Source: a virus (Duplodnaviria > Caudoviricetes). Taken from it: 64,000 nucleotides of DNA. Below the pieces are notes generated by a model. That model was given only the letters and a program-made list of their open reading frames with translations. It was not told the origin of the DNA and searched no databases. The translations under genes and the position numbers were made by a program. Position 1 is the first letter of the stretch, and each line of letters opens with the position of its first letter. Positions 36,038 through 46,500 of the stretch are shown here, in pieces. The stretch is from IMG/VR virus record IMGVR_UViG_3300027730_000005; one strand, given 5' to 3'.

Positions 36038-36679
36038 CTATTTGCCCTGTGCTGCCAATCTTGCACCATTGTTAAAACTGTTGCTGTGACTGGCAGCATT
36101 TCTGTTGCCACGTGCTTTTGACCATGCATAACCAGCTCTGTGCCCAGAACAATCTTTGGTGCAAGGCGACCCCAAAAATGATAATTCATCCAACTCTTGT
36201 TTTCCAGTGTATCGTTTAATTATGGACATTGATTCCTGATCATTCAACAGAGATGCTAATCCAGGATGTAGTGGGCGTGGCCAGTCGCCAAACTCTACCC
36301 ATTCAGATCCTTGAGTTTCCCAATTTAACATTGGTTTAAATTCGTGAGCTACTATGGCTAAAAAATTGTAGTATCTAAATCCCGACGGATGCCTGAACAC
36401 ATACAACGGGATCAGTTTAAGTGGGCCGTTATACCCTGCTTCTTCTTTGACTTCTCGTTTGACAGCATGTGCTGGATTTTCACCAGCGTCGATTGCACCG
36501 CCCCATGTTCCCCAGGTGTTAGGTTGCTCCACTTGTGATGATCTATGAGCTATACAAATCCGATTGGTATCGGCTGCCAGGAACAAACAACCAGCAGCTT
36601 GCTTGCCCCAGAATCCTGTTTTCTCCAAAGCATCACGATGTTCTTTATCTGACTCAGTCACAAATTCGGTTGCTCTCAT
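36038..36679 (-). CDS. NUDIX hydrolase with CTS-like start and small C-terminal module
   Basis: GGAIDAGENPAHAVKREVKEEAG Nudix box; MRATEFVTE; LDE/LSFLGSPC…. Confidence 0.8.
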   Translation of the reverse strand: MRATEFVTESDKEHRDALEKTGFWGKQAAGCLFLAADTNRICIAHRSSQVEQPNTWGTWGGAIDAGENPAHAVKREVKEEAGYNGPLKLIPLYVFRHPSGFRYYNFLAIVAHEFKPMLNWETQGSEWVEFGDWPRPLHPGLASLLNDQESMSIIKRYTGKQELDELSFLGSPCTKDCSGHRAGYAWSKARGNRNAASHSNSFNNGARLAAQGK

Positions 36680-37155
36680 TTGGCATCTCCAAAGATTGGT
36701 CCACCGACATACTGACCATTCTGACTTAACACACCATTGCGTAGATTGTTGATAATGTTATCAGTGATGTTTCTGCGACGGAAATGCGGCAAAAAAATAT
36801 GTGTTTCTACAGGACGATCGCCCTGCTCTGCTTGGATAGCATACATCCTGTGACGCCCGTCATGATCACGCACCTTGGCTTCTAAATTGAAATCATCGTT
36901 CTCCCAAGCTTCAGGAACTGCTATGGTTAAAAACGGTGCTCCAAACCCTTTATCATTGATCTGTCGGCGTAGATATTGTATAGTTTCTTTTTCGTCAGGA
37001 GAGTTAACATCCAAGGGCAAGCTGAGTTTGAGGAATGTGCTGGGTCGCATGACTGTGCGTAGACCAAAGTAATCTACATCAGCATTGTGCGGAACAGCAC
37101 CGAGACCTTGCCGATTGTCTATCTTTAGTTCCGTTATGAATTCCTTTGATCTCAT
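36676..37155 (-). CDS. ParB/Srx-like domain protein with CTS-like start
   Basis: MRSKEFITE; HDGRHRMYA. Confidence 0.55.
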   Translation of the reverse strand: MRSKEFITELKIDNRQGLGAVPHNADVDYFGLRTVMRPSTFLKLSLPLDVNSPDEKETIQYLRRQINDKGFGAPFLTIAVPEAWENDDFNLEAKVRDHDGRHRMYAIQAEQGDRPVETHIFLPHFRRRNITDNIINNLRNGVLSQNGQYVGGPIFGDAK

Positions 37156-37355
37156 GTGTCTATCCTGTGTACATTGGTCACTATGCTGTCTTTGCCGTAT
37201 TGAGCTTGCAGTAATAATCGAGCCATGGCAGGTGACTTGGCAAATATAGCCACATCTATACTGGTAGTATACGAAGGATTTTTGACCCGCACAGACGCAC
37301 TATACACATGAAATCCCGGAAGCAAGTCTTCACAGAGAAATTCTGTTGCTCTCAT
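37152..37355 (-). CDS. Small protein with CTS-like start
   Basis: MRATEFLCE. Confidence 0.65.
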   Translation of the reverse strand: MRATEFLCEDLLPGFHVYSASVRVKNPSYTTSIDVAIFAKSPAMARLLLQAQYGKDSIVTNVHRIDT

Positions 37356-39064
37356 CAGCAGTTCCACTTTCTCAACGCTAATGCTTTGCGTGTGGGTTTG
37401 CCATTGGGTTTTTTCATTGGCCCTTTGACTCCGCCCATCCTGGCACAGAATGATTTACGACGCTTGGCTGCTTTTGATCCTGGCTTGAGTTTGCTGGGCT
37501 TGGTAGTAACTGCCATTTGTAATTTTGAGCCTGGATTCTCTCTACGATAGCTAGCAACACCTTTGGCATTGAGACCGCCCTTTTTGCTCTTACCTGCGCT
37601 TCTACGCCAAGCTGCTGTTTCAAGAATGATTTCTTCATCGGTGAAGAAGTTGAATATGTCTTCAGTAAGACCACGATCAGCCATGGCCTGTTCAAAGTCA
37701 TCAAATATTGCATGGGCTTGTTCTAGGCTGTATACGCTTTCTGTTACACCTTCCTCTACACCCGACTGCATCTGTTGTTTGACTGCACGAGCAACATCTC
37801 CCGCCAATGCGCCAGGGTCATTATCGCCACCGTAGTTGAGCACACTCATGATTGCATTGTGAATCACACGGTCATCTGCACGACGAGCCATATTGGGATA
37901 CATGCGCTCAAACTCAGCATACACTTGATCAGCTAGGTCATCGTATTCACCGTTGAAGCCTTCATCCAGGCCATCTGCTTGTACAGCCCCTTCGCCGTCG
38001 GCATCAAAAGCTACCATTTCTACTTTGGGCCACATACGTGCAGGCACATACAGAATACCCGAAGTTTCGTCATGATCGATCTGGTCGCCAAAGCGAGCCA
38101 TTACTGCATTATATGCCCGTTCACTGTTAACGCTAAAACCCACAGTGTCCGTATCGTCAATACCGCTGTATCCGCCTTCCGCCACACCTTGCTTCTTGAG
38201 AATATCCAGTGCGTGTTTTTCCATCTGTTTTTTGGTAATAGGTTTACCGGGTGCTTCCTTACCTTTGAAATAATCAGAACCTTTTTTATCTCTTGAACCA
38301 TAGGTGCTGTGACTTACTTTGCCATCACGACCGGGTTGTGGTGCTGATTTGTCCATTTCATTCAAGCCTTCCGCCACACCTTGCTCACTTGCTTTGGCTT
38401 TGGCTTCGGCCCTGGTACGACTGTATCCCCGTGCTGTTGCTTCTCGTTCTTGGTTAGGATATATAGATATTGCAAACATTTTTCCATCTTTAACAAAGTA
38501 CCAATCTGTTGGATCTAGATCGTGTCTTTCGTCATCACCGCGATTGAACGCTCCCCTTACTCCGCGGAAAGGCCTGCCTCTGCCTTCCGCCACACTTTCT
38601 TTTTTGGCAGTCTTTGCAGCATCTTTCCAGGCCTGTGCTGTGGGGGCCTTGGGGCTGTCGGCATCTCTACTGGTACCGGCCTTCTTGCGCTTGTTTACAT
38701 TGTAGTATAACCCTTTGTTCTCCTCTGAGATACTTTCGTTAGGCACACAGTTTCTTACCTGCTTGCCAGTCACAGCTGACTTTTTTGTGCCTTCTGCATG
38801 TTTTCCTGGCCAGCACTTGGTGTAACCATTGCTATCTTTCTGACCCTTTTTGATCTCCATGATATTGCCGTGTGTTTTGCACATACCACAGTCTTCACAC
38901 ACCATTTCCATCACAACACTTTCGTTGTGTTTCTTCTTGCCAGCACAATGAGCACGTTGCGAAAAGCCTTTTGGATGAGAGCAATTGATACTGCTTTTGT
39001 ATTTTTGACTCCAGCCTTCATCTAATTTTTTGATTTTTCCAGTTATAAATTCATTTGATTTCAT
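37355..39064 (-). CDS. Polyprotein of short modules separated by GVAE/G, LDE/G, ILE/T linkers; C-terminal DUF6321-like module
   Basis: Three nucleotide-level copies of the GVAEG repeat; C-terminal GGLNAKG…RRKSFCARM…WNC. Confidence 0.7.
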   Translation of the reverse strand: MKSNEFITGKIKKLDEGWSQKYKSSINCSHPKGFSQRAHCAGKKKHNESVVMEMVCEDCGMCKTHGNIMEIKKGQKDSNGYTKCWPGKHAEGTKKSAVTGKQVRNCVPNESISEENKGLYYNVNKRKKAGTSRDADSPKAPTAQAWKDAAKTAKKESVAEGRGRPFRGVRGAFNRGDDERHDLDPTDWYFVKDGKMFAISIYPNQEREATARGYSRTRAEAKAKASEQGVAEGLNEMDKSAPQPGRDGKVSHSTYGSRDKKGSDYFKGKEAPGKPITKKQMEKHALDILKKQGVAEGGYSGIDDTDTVGFSVNSERAYNAVMARFGDQIDHDETSGILYVPARMWPKVEMVAFDADGEGAVQADGLDEGFNGEYDDLADQVYAEFERMYPNMARRADDRVIHNAIMSVLNYGGDNDPGALAGDVARAVKQQMQSGVEEGVTESVYSLEQAHAIFDDFEQAMADRGLTEDIFNFFTDEEIILETAAWRRSAGKSKKGGLNAKGVASYRRENPGSKLQMAVTTKPSKLKPGSKAAKRRKSFCARMGGVKGPMKKPNGKPTRKALALRKWNC

Positions 39065-39088
39065 TTAGTTCACCTTTTTCTAACAGTT

Positions 39089-40174
39089 TCATTTGTTTTT
39101 TGCTCTTCCAGCTTTCATATTGGCCAACCAGTGTGCCATGCGTTGTTTTTCACCAGAACTGTTCTTGGCAGTTTTTCTCAAACTACTTACACTGGCTTTG
39201 GTATTTACTCCCACACGTTTGGCCAGACCCTTGCGTCCAGGATTACGGCCGTCAGCAAAGTTTTCGTCAACCGAAGACTCATTGGATGTTGCAACAGGTT
39301 GTTTGGCCTTGTAGATATCTTCCCATTTGTCTGAAATAGCATTCTTTAATTCCAGCGTGGATTTAAAATTATTGTCTTGCATATACTTAATTATCCACAC
39401 AGCACTAGCACGGTCTCCTGAATCAGGCTTGCGAGCATTGCTTAGATCCACGCTGAGATTTTGATCTTCTGATGGATTACCATAGTACCGCATGGTCTTT
39501 AACGCACGTTTTGCTCTATCACTTAGATGTGCTTCGTCGCTCTTGGTAATTAACTCAATCCAGGGCTTTACAAAGTCTGTGGGCTTGCGGGACGATCCAG
39601 CTGGTGTTGGTCCACGTAATACATCACGGGATTGGCCTGGTATCTGTGCTCGACGTTTGTTCAGCAATCGCCATGCTGCTTCGTCTGTGTAGAAAAACAC
39701 AGGTAAGCCTTGTTGCTTGGCTGTGATCAGGATCTGTCGTGTTTCTGGACTGCGATATTCATCTTGTTCTTTGAGCAACACATGAACTTCAGTCACAGGA
39801 GTGATTGGAATAGTGGGCTCTTTGCTAAACACACGGTCTTCTGCTTCTCTGGTTCTTGTACCATTGCTGTGTAACCATGCACGGTCCCAGTAGTCAATGG
39901 GTTTCACAATGTATCGAGAGTTAAACCAGTCACCATTGAGTTTGAACATCACAGCGCCTGATCCCACCCAGCGATGATAATCGCCAGTTATTGTTCGTGT
40001 CAAACTAAGAAAGTATGGATATCCAGCAGGAGCATACTGTTCTTCGCTGCGATTGCCGGTCACGCTGGCCAATTCAAAGTTGCCGGATTGCAGTATTCTT
40101 AACCCAGCTCTGATACTGGTGTAATGAAACAATACATCAGTTGCTCGTTCAATTAAAAATTCCGTTGCTCTCAT
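39089..40174 (-). CDS. ADP-ribosyltransferase-fold candidate with CTS-like start and basic C-terminal module
   Basis: MRATEFLIE; LFHYTS…YFLSLTR; VDE/NFADG…. Confidence 0.5.
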   Translation of the reverse strand: MRATEFLIERATDVLFHYTSIRAGLRILQSGNFELASVTGNRSEEQYAPAGYPYFLSLTRTITGDYHRWVGSGAVMFKLNGDWFNSRYIVKPIDYWDRAWLHSNGTRTREAEDRVFSKEPTIPITPVTEVHVLLKEQDEYRSPETRQILITAKQQGLPVFFYTDEAAWRLLNKRRAQIPGQSRDVLRGPTPAGSSRKPTDFVKPWIELITKSDEAHLSDRAKRALKTMRYYGNPSEDQNLSVDLSNARKPDSGDRASAVWIIKYMQDNNFKSTLELKNAISDKWEDIYKAKQPVATSNESSVDENFADGRNPGRKGLAKRVGVNTKASVSSLRKTAKNSSGEKQRMAHWLANMKAGRAKNK

Positions 40175-40539
40175 TATACATACCTTGCTAGTTCATCTTC
40201 ACCTAAATCTTGTATGCGATTGGGCGGGATTTTAGTTGTGGAGAAGTACCATCCGTGGTCATATGTCAATGGAATACCCGTCACATCAATTTGCAACAAT
40301 GTCAATGGATCATCGCTACCCTCTGACTTGGCGTACATCCATCCACCGACCATACTTAGTTCTCTTTGTAACTTGACCTTATCACCTTCGTCTACAACCA
40401 TAAATGCTTTGCCATCATACGGATCTAGCCCAGCATATAGAATTTCTTCTGCGTTTTCAGTACTGGTAATATGGTACGCAGTTTTAAACTCATGGTCATG
40501 ATGTGTCCTTGATTCAGTGACAAATTCAGTTGCTCTCAT
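40174..40539 (-). CDS. Small ADP-ribosyltransferase-fold candidate with CTS-like start
   Basis: MRATEFVTE; YHITSTEN..EIL..GLDP…LLQID…IPP..I. Confidence 0.5.
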   Translation of the reverse strand: MRATEFVTESRTHHDHEFKTAYHITSTENAEEILYAGLDPYDGKAFMVVDEGDKVKLQRELSMVGGWMYAKSEGSDDPLTLLQIDVTGIPLTYDHGWYFSTTKIPPNRIQDLGEDELARYV

Positions 40540-43500
40540 TTGGGTTCCCATTGCATACTTTTACTACCTTTAACAGTAGGAGTAAACCCTTGACCTCTGT
40601 AGAACTTGGTTAATTTACTTTGACTCACTTGTCCTTTGTCCCAAGGAAACAGTGTCAAGCTGATGCCATCTTCTCTTGCCATGGCTTGTAGTTCTTGCAT
40701 GGCACGTGACCCAACACCTTGACGTAGCGGATATGCTTGAATCCATTTGACTTCAACTGCGCCGCGCTTGCTAAAGCTAGGAACAAGTTCAAACATAGCA
40801 AACTGTTGGTCATCGCCTTTGCCCCAGACCATAACGTGATTGTTCTGCATGGTGTATGGATACTTTGCGTAGACTCGTTCAATCCATGCCTGTGCAGCAT
40901 CATTGTTGCCTAGTTTGATTCTTATTGGCTCTTCTTCTTCGGCTACATCTTTCATTAGATGTTTAGCATCGCCGGACTTCTTCCAAGCATCCCACATGGC
41001 CTTGCCAGGCGGCAATTGATTTCTACTTGGTACAATAGTGTTACCCAACATTCTCACATACGCATAGATGTTACGTGCTATACCGCGGCCTTGATATTCA
41101 AGTTTCAAGCTGGTAACTGCTGACACTAGACCATTTTTGCTGGGTCTAAATTTTGCAAGACCTATCTGTTGATAATTGTCGTCTAGCACTTTGACTTGAA
41201 AATATTCTTTACCATTTATTTCAATCCCAGTGGCACGATATGTCAGCCCATCAAAAATTTGGGTGTCGTTGAACGCTGGATTGAAAACATCTGGATTGAT
41301 AGTTTCATTTAAGTTGTTGGCCATTACTTGTGGTAAGAAACTGGCGGCAATGTGTTGGCAAGTGTTAAAAATGTCAGCATTATCAGTGACCTGCAGATTG
41401 AATGGATAGTCTGTGGTAGGATGCTGTGTGGGGTCTTGCCACCCAGCATAACATTTTTCAATACCAAAGTCAGCTAACAAATCAGTGCAACTCTCTCCAT
41501 ACCTCTCATCCATGTCATGCACACAAGGACTCAATGTAGTGACCATGATGGCATTGGGACCAATACGACCGTGACGTTTGAGATGCTGGTCTATGGCCAC
41601 TCGTTCAGCATGGCGTCGTGTTCCGTTGAGCCCAGGCAAGTTGATAGCATAAGTGTGATTGTTTTTGTTATCAATCAAACAAGCAGCCACACGTCCATAC
41701 TTTTCTGGATCAGTCTCATGACCACGATGTATCATGTTGATGCACTTTTTCAGCACATTATCTAGTTTACCAAGTTTTGTGATCTCTTGGCTTTCATCCA
41801 TATCTTCTTCACCAGGCTCGTCTAGGTCGTGTATGGGCAAGCCAAGGCGTTTGAGCTTGTGACTGTACATGTTTTCTAGCTCTTCGCTGCCAAACGCCAA
41901 CACAGTATGCGGCGGGCCTTGATTGTAATGAGACTTGTCGGCTTGATCAAGATCGCTAATGTCTTGTCCCAACTGATACCAATCTTGGGTGTCGCTCACA
42001 TCCACTTTGATTGTGCCAGCGGGCATTTTGGGAGGTGTTTCAGGACCAGTTGGTTTTTGATTGCCTAGAGCATCCAGGTCACGACGTAATCGTTGTTCTA
42101 ACACTGTGATGTTTTCTGACACTGATTGAGAACGTAGTCTCACTGAGAAGTTACTGGCATCCACTTCTGGATTTGCCTGCATTGCAGTAGCCACCCATTC
42201 TTGACCTCGACGCCAGGCTTCTGTTTGATTTGCTGCCTGTATTACAAATACTGGTTGATTGGAAGATCTATTGTATACTTCCCACTGTGTTTGTGCCATT
42301 GGGATATCTAATTCAACGTCTTCTACTCCTGGAATTGGGGTGGATGTGTATTGGTATTGTTGTTGGCTTGCTGCAACACCCATCTCTGGTACTACTGTAA
42401 CTCCAGCCTGCATACGCCCAGGATTACTACGCATCCAGTTTATGGCCACACGGTTGGCATCACTCTGTACATTGCCTACTCCCGAGAAGCGATGTATTTC
42501 TTGACCGTCCGGATTCAAGATCAACCAGTTGCCAGTGAATGTTTGCTGACCTTGACCCGGACGAGTTAAAGTTTGCGGTATGCCAACGTCAACAATGCCA
42601 CCTTGTGCTGCATCTGAATTATTGCCCTGGCGGGTACGAACACCGTACAATTCAGGAGCTTCGCCACGCATGCCTAACGCCAAACGTGCTTCTTGTTCAG
42701 CTTCGGGTCTACTGGTATTGCTCAACTCTCTCACAGTAGAGTTGTCGCTGATTCTATAGATTTCCCATGGACCTGGGCCAGTGGGCACCAAGTTGCGTGG
42801 CTGTCCTTCGCGTGGTACATTTTGTGTGCTAACGAATGCATTTGATGATCGCGCTGGCACTGTCGACGCCCGGAACAGGTGAGAACGGCCAGCGGTGTTG
42901 CCAAATATATCTGGTCTTGCTTCTCCAGCAGCTCTTATAGCGTTTAGCTCAGATGACGCACGAATTTGTATTTCTTGCCCAGGATTACCTTGTGGGCTTA
43001 CATACCAGATTGGTTGTTCAGTCTGTTGTGGTTCAATTTCACGCACTTCAATGTCAGTTATCATACGAGAATTTTGTTCACGACCTTGAGTTATGAACTG
43101 TTCAGCAGCCTCACGACTTGGGAATCTACGCAACACATTGTTGTCAGACTGGCCAGGAGCTCTAGCAAAGCGGTTCATGTCATTCATCCAAATGCCCCAG
43201 TTGCCTGTACTTGGTTGTGCGGCAGATTGTGGGCCAGGTTGTTGCTGATCACCACCACGGGCAACCACAGTGCCAGCACGATCAACTAAACTAAAGTCAT
43301 GTGGATTATTTTCCCCTGAAACAAACTGTCTAAACTTTTGTACAGCGTCTTCTTGACTTGATGCTGTGATCGATGATCTATTGTAACCGGCTCGAGCATC
43401 ATAAACGCTATAGGACAATGATGGCTTCGGATCCTGATATGGTCGTAGCGGTTTTGCCTGTAGAGTGTTCCGTGCGCTGGCCCAGTCTGGGTAGTTGCCT

Positions 43501-46500
43501 GGTTCTATAGCCTTGGCGATGGCTTCTTCCTTGCTAGAAGCAACAATTTCAATGCTGGCAAAATATCCAGGACGACTCACATCCCACCAATATTTTTGTC
43601 CCTTTGGTGTCTTGCCTTTGGCAAGATTACGGGCGAGATTCTGTTGCTCTAGTTCTTGAAAAGTTGCTTTTCTAAAGTCTTTGATGGCCTGTTGCGTTTC
43701 TTTGCTTAGTTTGTCGCCGACTTCTTTGCTATTGCCCTGCAACGATACCATGTACTTGGCAAACTCTTGAATCATATCACCATATTCGTCCTTGGTACCG
43801 TTAGGATTCAACAGTTTGTACAGCTTCTTGAGATATTCTTGGCGATACTTTTCAGGATCCATCGCAGCGTCCAGGGCCACAGTAAATCGTAATAGGGTAT
43901 CTTCAATCTTGCTGAAGTTTGAATCCAACCAGTCGCCACCCGGACTCCGGAATTCAATGTATCCTGTCTTGGTATTGATACTGGTATATTTTTCTGTAGT
44001 GCCTGTGTGAATGGCCTTGGTGGCAATGTCTTCCATGTGCTCACGCATCTTGTCCATGACCTGCGGAGCAATATCAGGATTGCGTTTCAGCATGGTTTTA
44101 ATTTTGCCAATTGCTGACTTGGCATAGTTATTGCCTGAACGTCCAAACAGTTCTAGCACATATTCATCGCCCATGAGCAGGGCCAGTTTGACATAGTCCA
44201 GTTTGTCAAGACTGTAGTTGGGTACTGAAATGTTGATATGCAAGCCAGTGCTGTCATTGGTATAGCAACCAGACTTGTCTGCCCAAGCCTTGACCTTGTT
44301 TAGATCTGAAATCATTTCATCTATGGGCATAGGCGGACTAACAAATTCTAAACCTTCGTCGCCAGGGTTGTCGCCTTCTAAACTGCCGTCAGGTTCCACA
44401 ACATAGGTACCTGCTTCACGACGGCCGCCATGGTAATTTCTACTGGCGTTCACAGGTTTACCCATGTAACTGGAGAATTCATCAGCCACTTGATCTATAT
44501 CCATGTCACCGTCGTTGCCCTCATTAGCGTCAGTGTAATAGGGCCATTCAATATCAAAGTTGCTTTCGATGTCACTCATGGTTTGATATTTGTCATCCAA
44601 GAAACTGCCTTCATCGTACTCGTCTCGTTGTTCTTCTGCAAACGCTTCAAATGCATCATTGAAGACACGGCCTTGATCTTCAAAAGCTTCCAGCACAAAC
44701 TGTTCTTGTAATTCATCAAGTCTGGCACTCAGCAGTTGAGAGAAGTCTTCGCTCTCTTGTGGCAAGTCAGGATTGGCATCCATGATTTCGTCACGAGCTT
44801 GTAGCATGGCTTCATCACGATCAAACAAGTCATTAACGTTGACAAAGTCACGCATGTAATCTACTCCATCGCGTGTCCAAGCTTCAGCAGTTTGTTCCTG
44901 CTGCCATTCCTCGTACTCGTTTTGTATTTCTTCCATTAGGTCATCTACTGCACGGCGTCCATTGTGGTCACCGTCATGGAAAAAGTCTCGAATGTCACTG
45001 AAGCTTCTGGTACGTTGATCCTGATCGTAGTCTGGTTCCCAGTCAGGTTCTTGTTCATCGACCCCAACATCGGGCACAATCATTTCAAATTCCATGCCTG
45101 CCTGTGCGCCTGTTTGTGCTGCTAACTGACGCAGATTGGTGCTGGTCATCTTGATTTCAAACAGATCTTTCTCTTTGAACTCTCGCAACATCTTGTTTAA
45201 ACCGGCTGTGAGTAATGCAGGATGACCTTGTGAATCTGTTTGTAATCCAAGTTTGTTGGCTTCCTTGCCCACAGCACCTGGACGCACATCTCGGGTCAAG
45301 GCCATGACAAATCTTGGATCGCGTGCCTGTGCCTTTGTGGGTATGTATCCTGACGCTTCTTCCAGTGTGACCCCATCAAACATTTCAGGCTGTTCTTCAG
45401 CCCACTGTCGCATGATACGGCCAGCCATGGCGTTGGCTTGGTCTTCCCAAGGGCTACCAGTTTCACCAGCATCTATAGGCAGGGGATTTCTTTCATCCTG
45501 CTGACGATGTGTCATCTCATGGGCCATGGTGCGAAGTATATCCAACACATGGCGTCCCGCGGTGGCCAAGATCAGTGTGTTGCTTTCTGGTTCGTATTGA
45601 CCAAAGCTACCGTTCTCTTGACTCCATTCTGGTGTTGTTTCCAAACGCAATCTAGGTGGATTCTCTAATTTAAGTTTATCTACACAACTGGCATAGAAAC
45701 GATGTAGGATCTTTTTCAAATGGTCAAGTTCTACACTTTCATCCACTTGTTCTGATTCAGTACCAGCAGGGTGATCTTGGCCAGCATACGCAGTACCTGG
45801 ATACCAGTAATCACGCATGCCGTAATTGACTTTCTTTCTGGCAGCAGGCTTACGATTTAAACTCAACTCACGATCTTGTATTGCTGTCTTGGCATCTTTT
45901 AATTTGCCAATGCAACCCATATTTCTCAACAATTTAAATGCAATGTTCTCGCAGCCAAACTCACCATTCTTTTCCAGGCCAGTTTGGCGCATTGTTTTGA
46001 TCTTGTCCCACAGCTGATTCACAGCATCTGCATTGCCGGACTTGATAGCTGAATGTATTCTGGCATCAAGATCAGCTGTTTTGTGTTGTACACAAGAGTC
46101 ATCTATGCTAGCACGACGGCGCTGTGGAACTTGTACCCAGTCACCATTCTTTACGCTGTAAATGCCTTGACTCACATGCTTTTGATCACTGGGCTGCACA
46201 TACAGTTCCACTGGAACGCCAGCAATCTTTATGTCATGCTCGGCATTATACTGATATTTTTTTGCATTGAACAGTTCTTGATACACAGGATCGTCAGGCA
46301 TGTCCACCACAAGGTGTAGATCAATGTCTGAATGGCGAGTATAAGAATAGGCAGCATTGCTACCTGATATGGTAATGTCCTGAATGTTGAGATCATCAAC
46401 ACCCAGGAATTCTTGAAAATTTGACGCAATTGCCAGCAACTTGTCACGCACATCAGGTAACAAGTGCTCGTCTGACCCCCACAAACGGGGGTTCAAACGT

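Larger units (their letters stand above)
30685..38596 (-). repeat. Dispersed 14-20 bp repeat (GAGCA)AGGTGTGGCGGAAGG encoding (EQ)GVAEG
   Basis: Copies at 30685, 31141, 31603, 38175, 38367, 38583. Confidence 0.85.
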
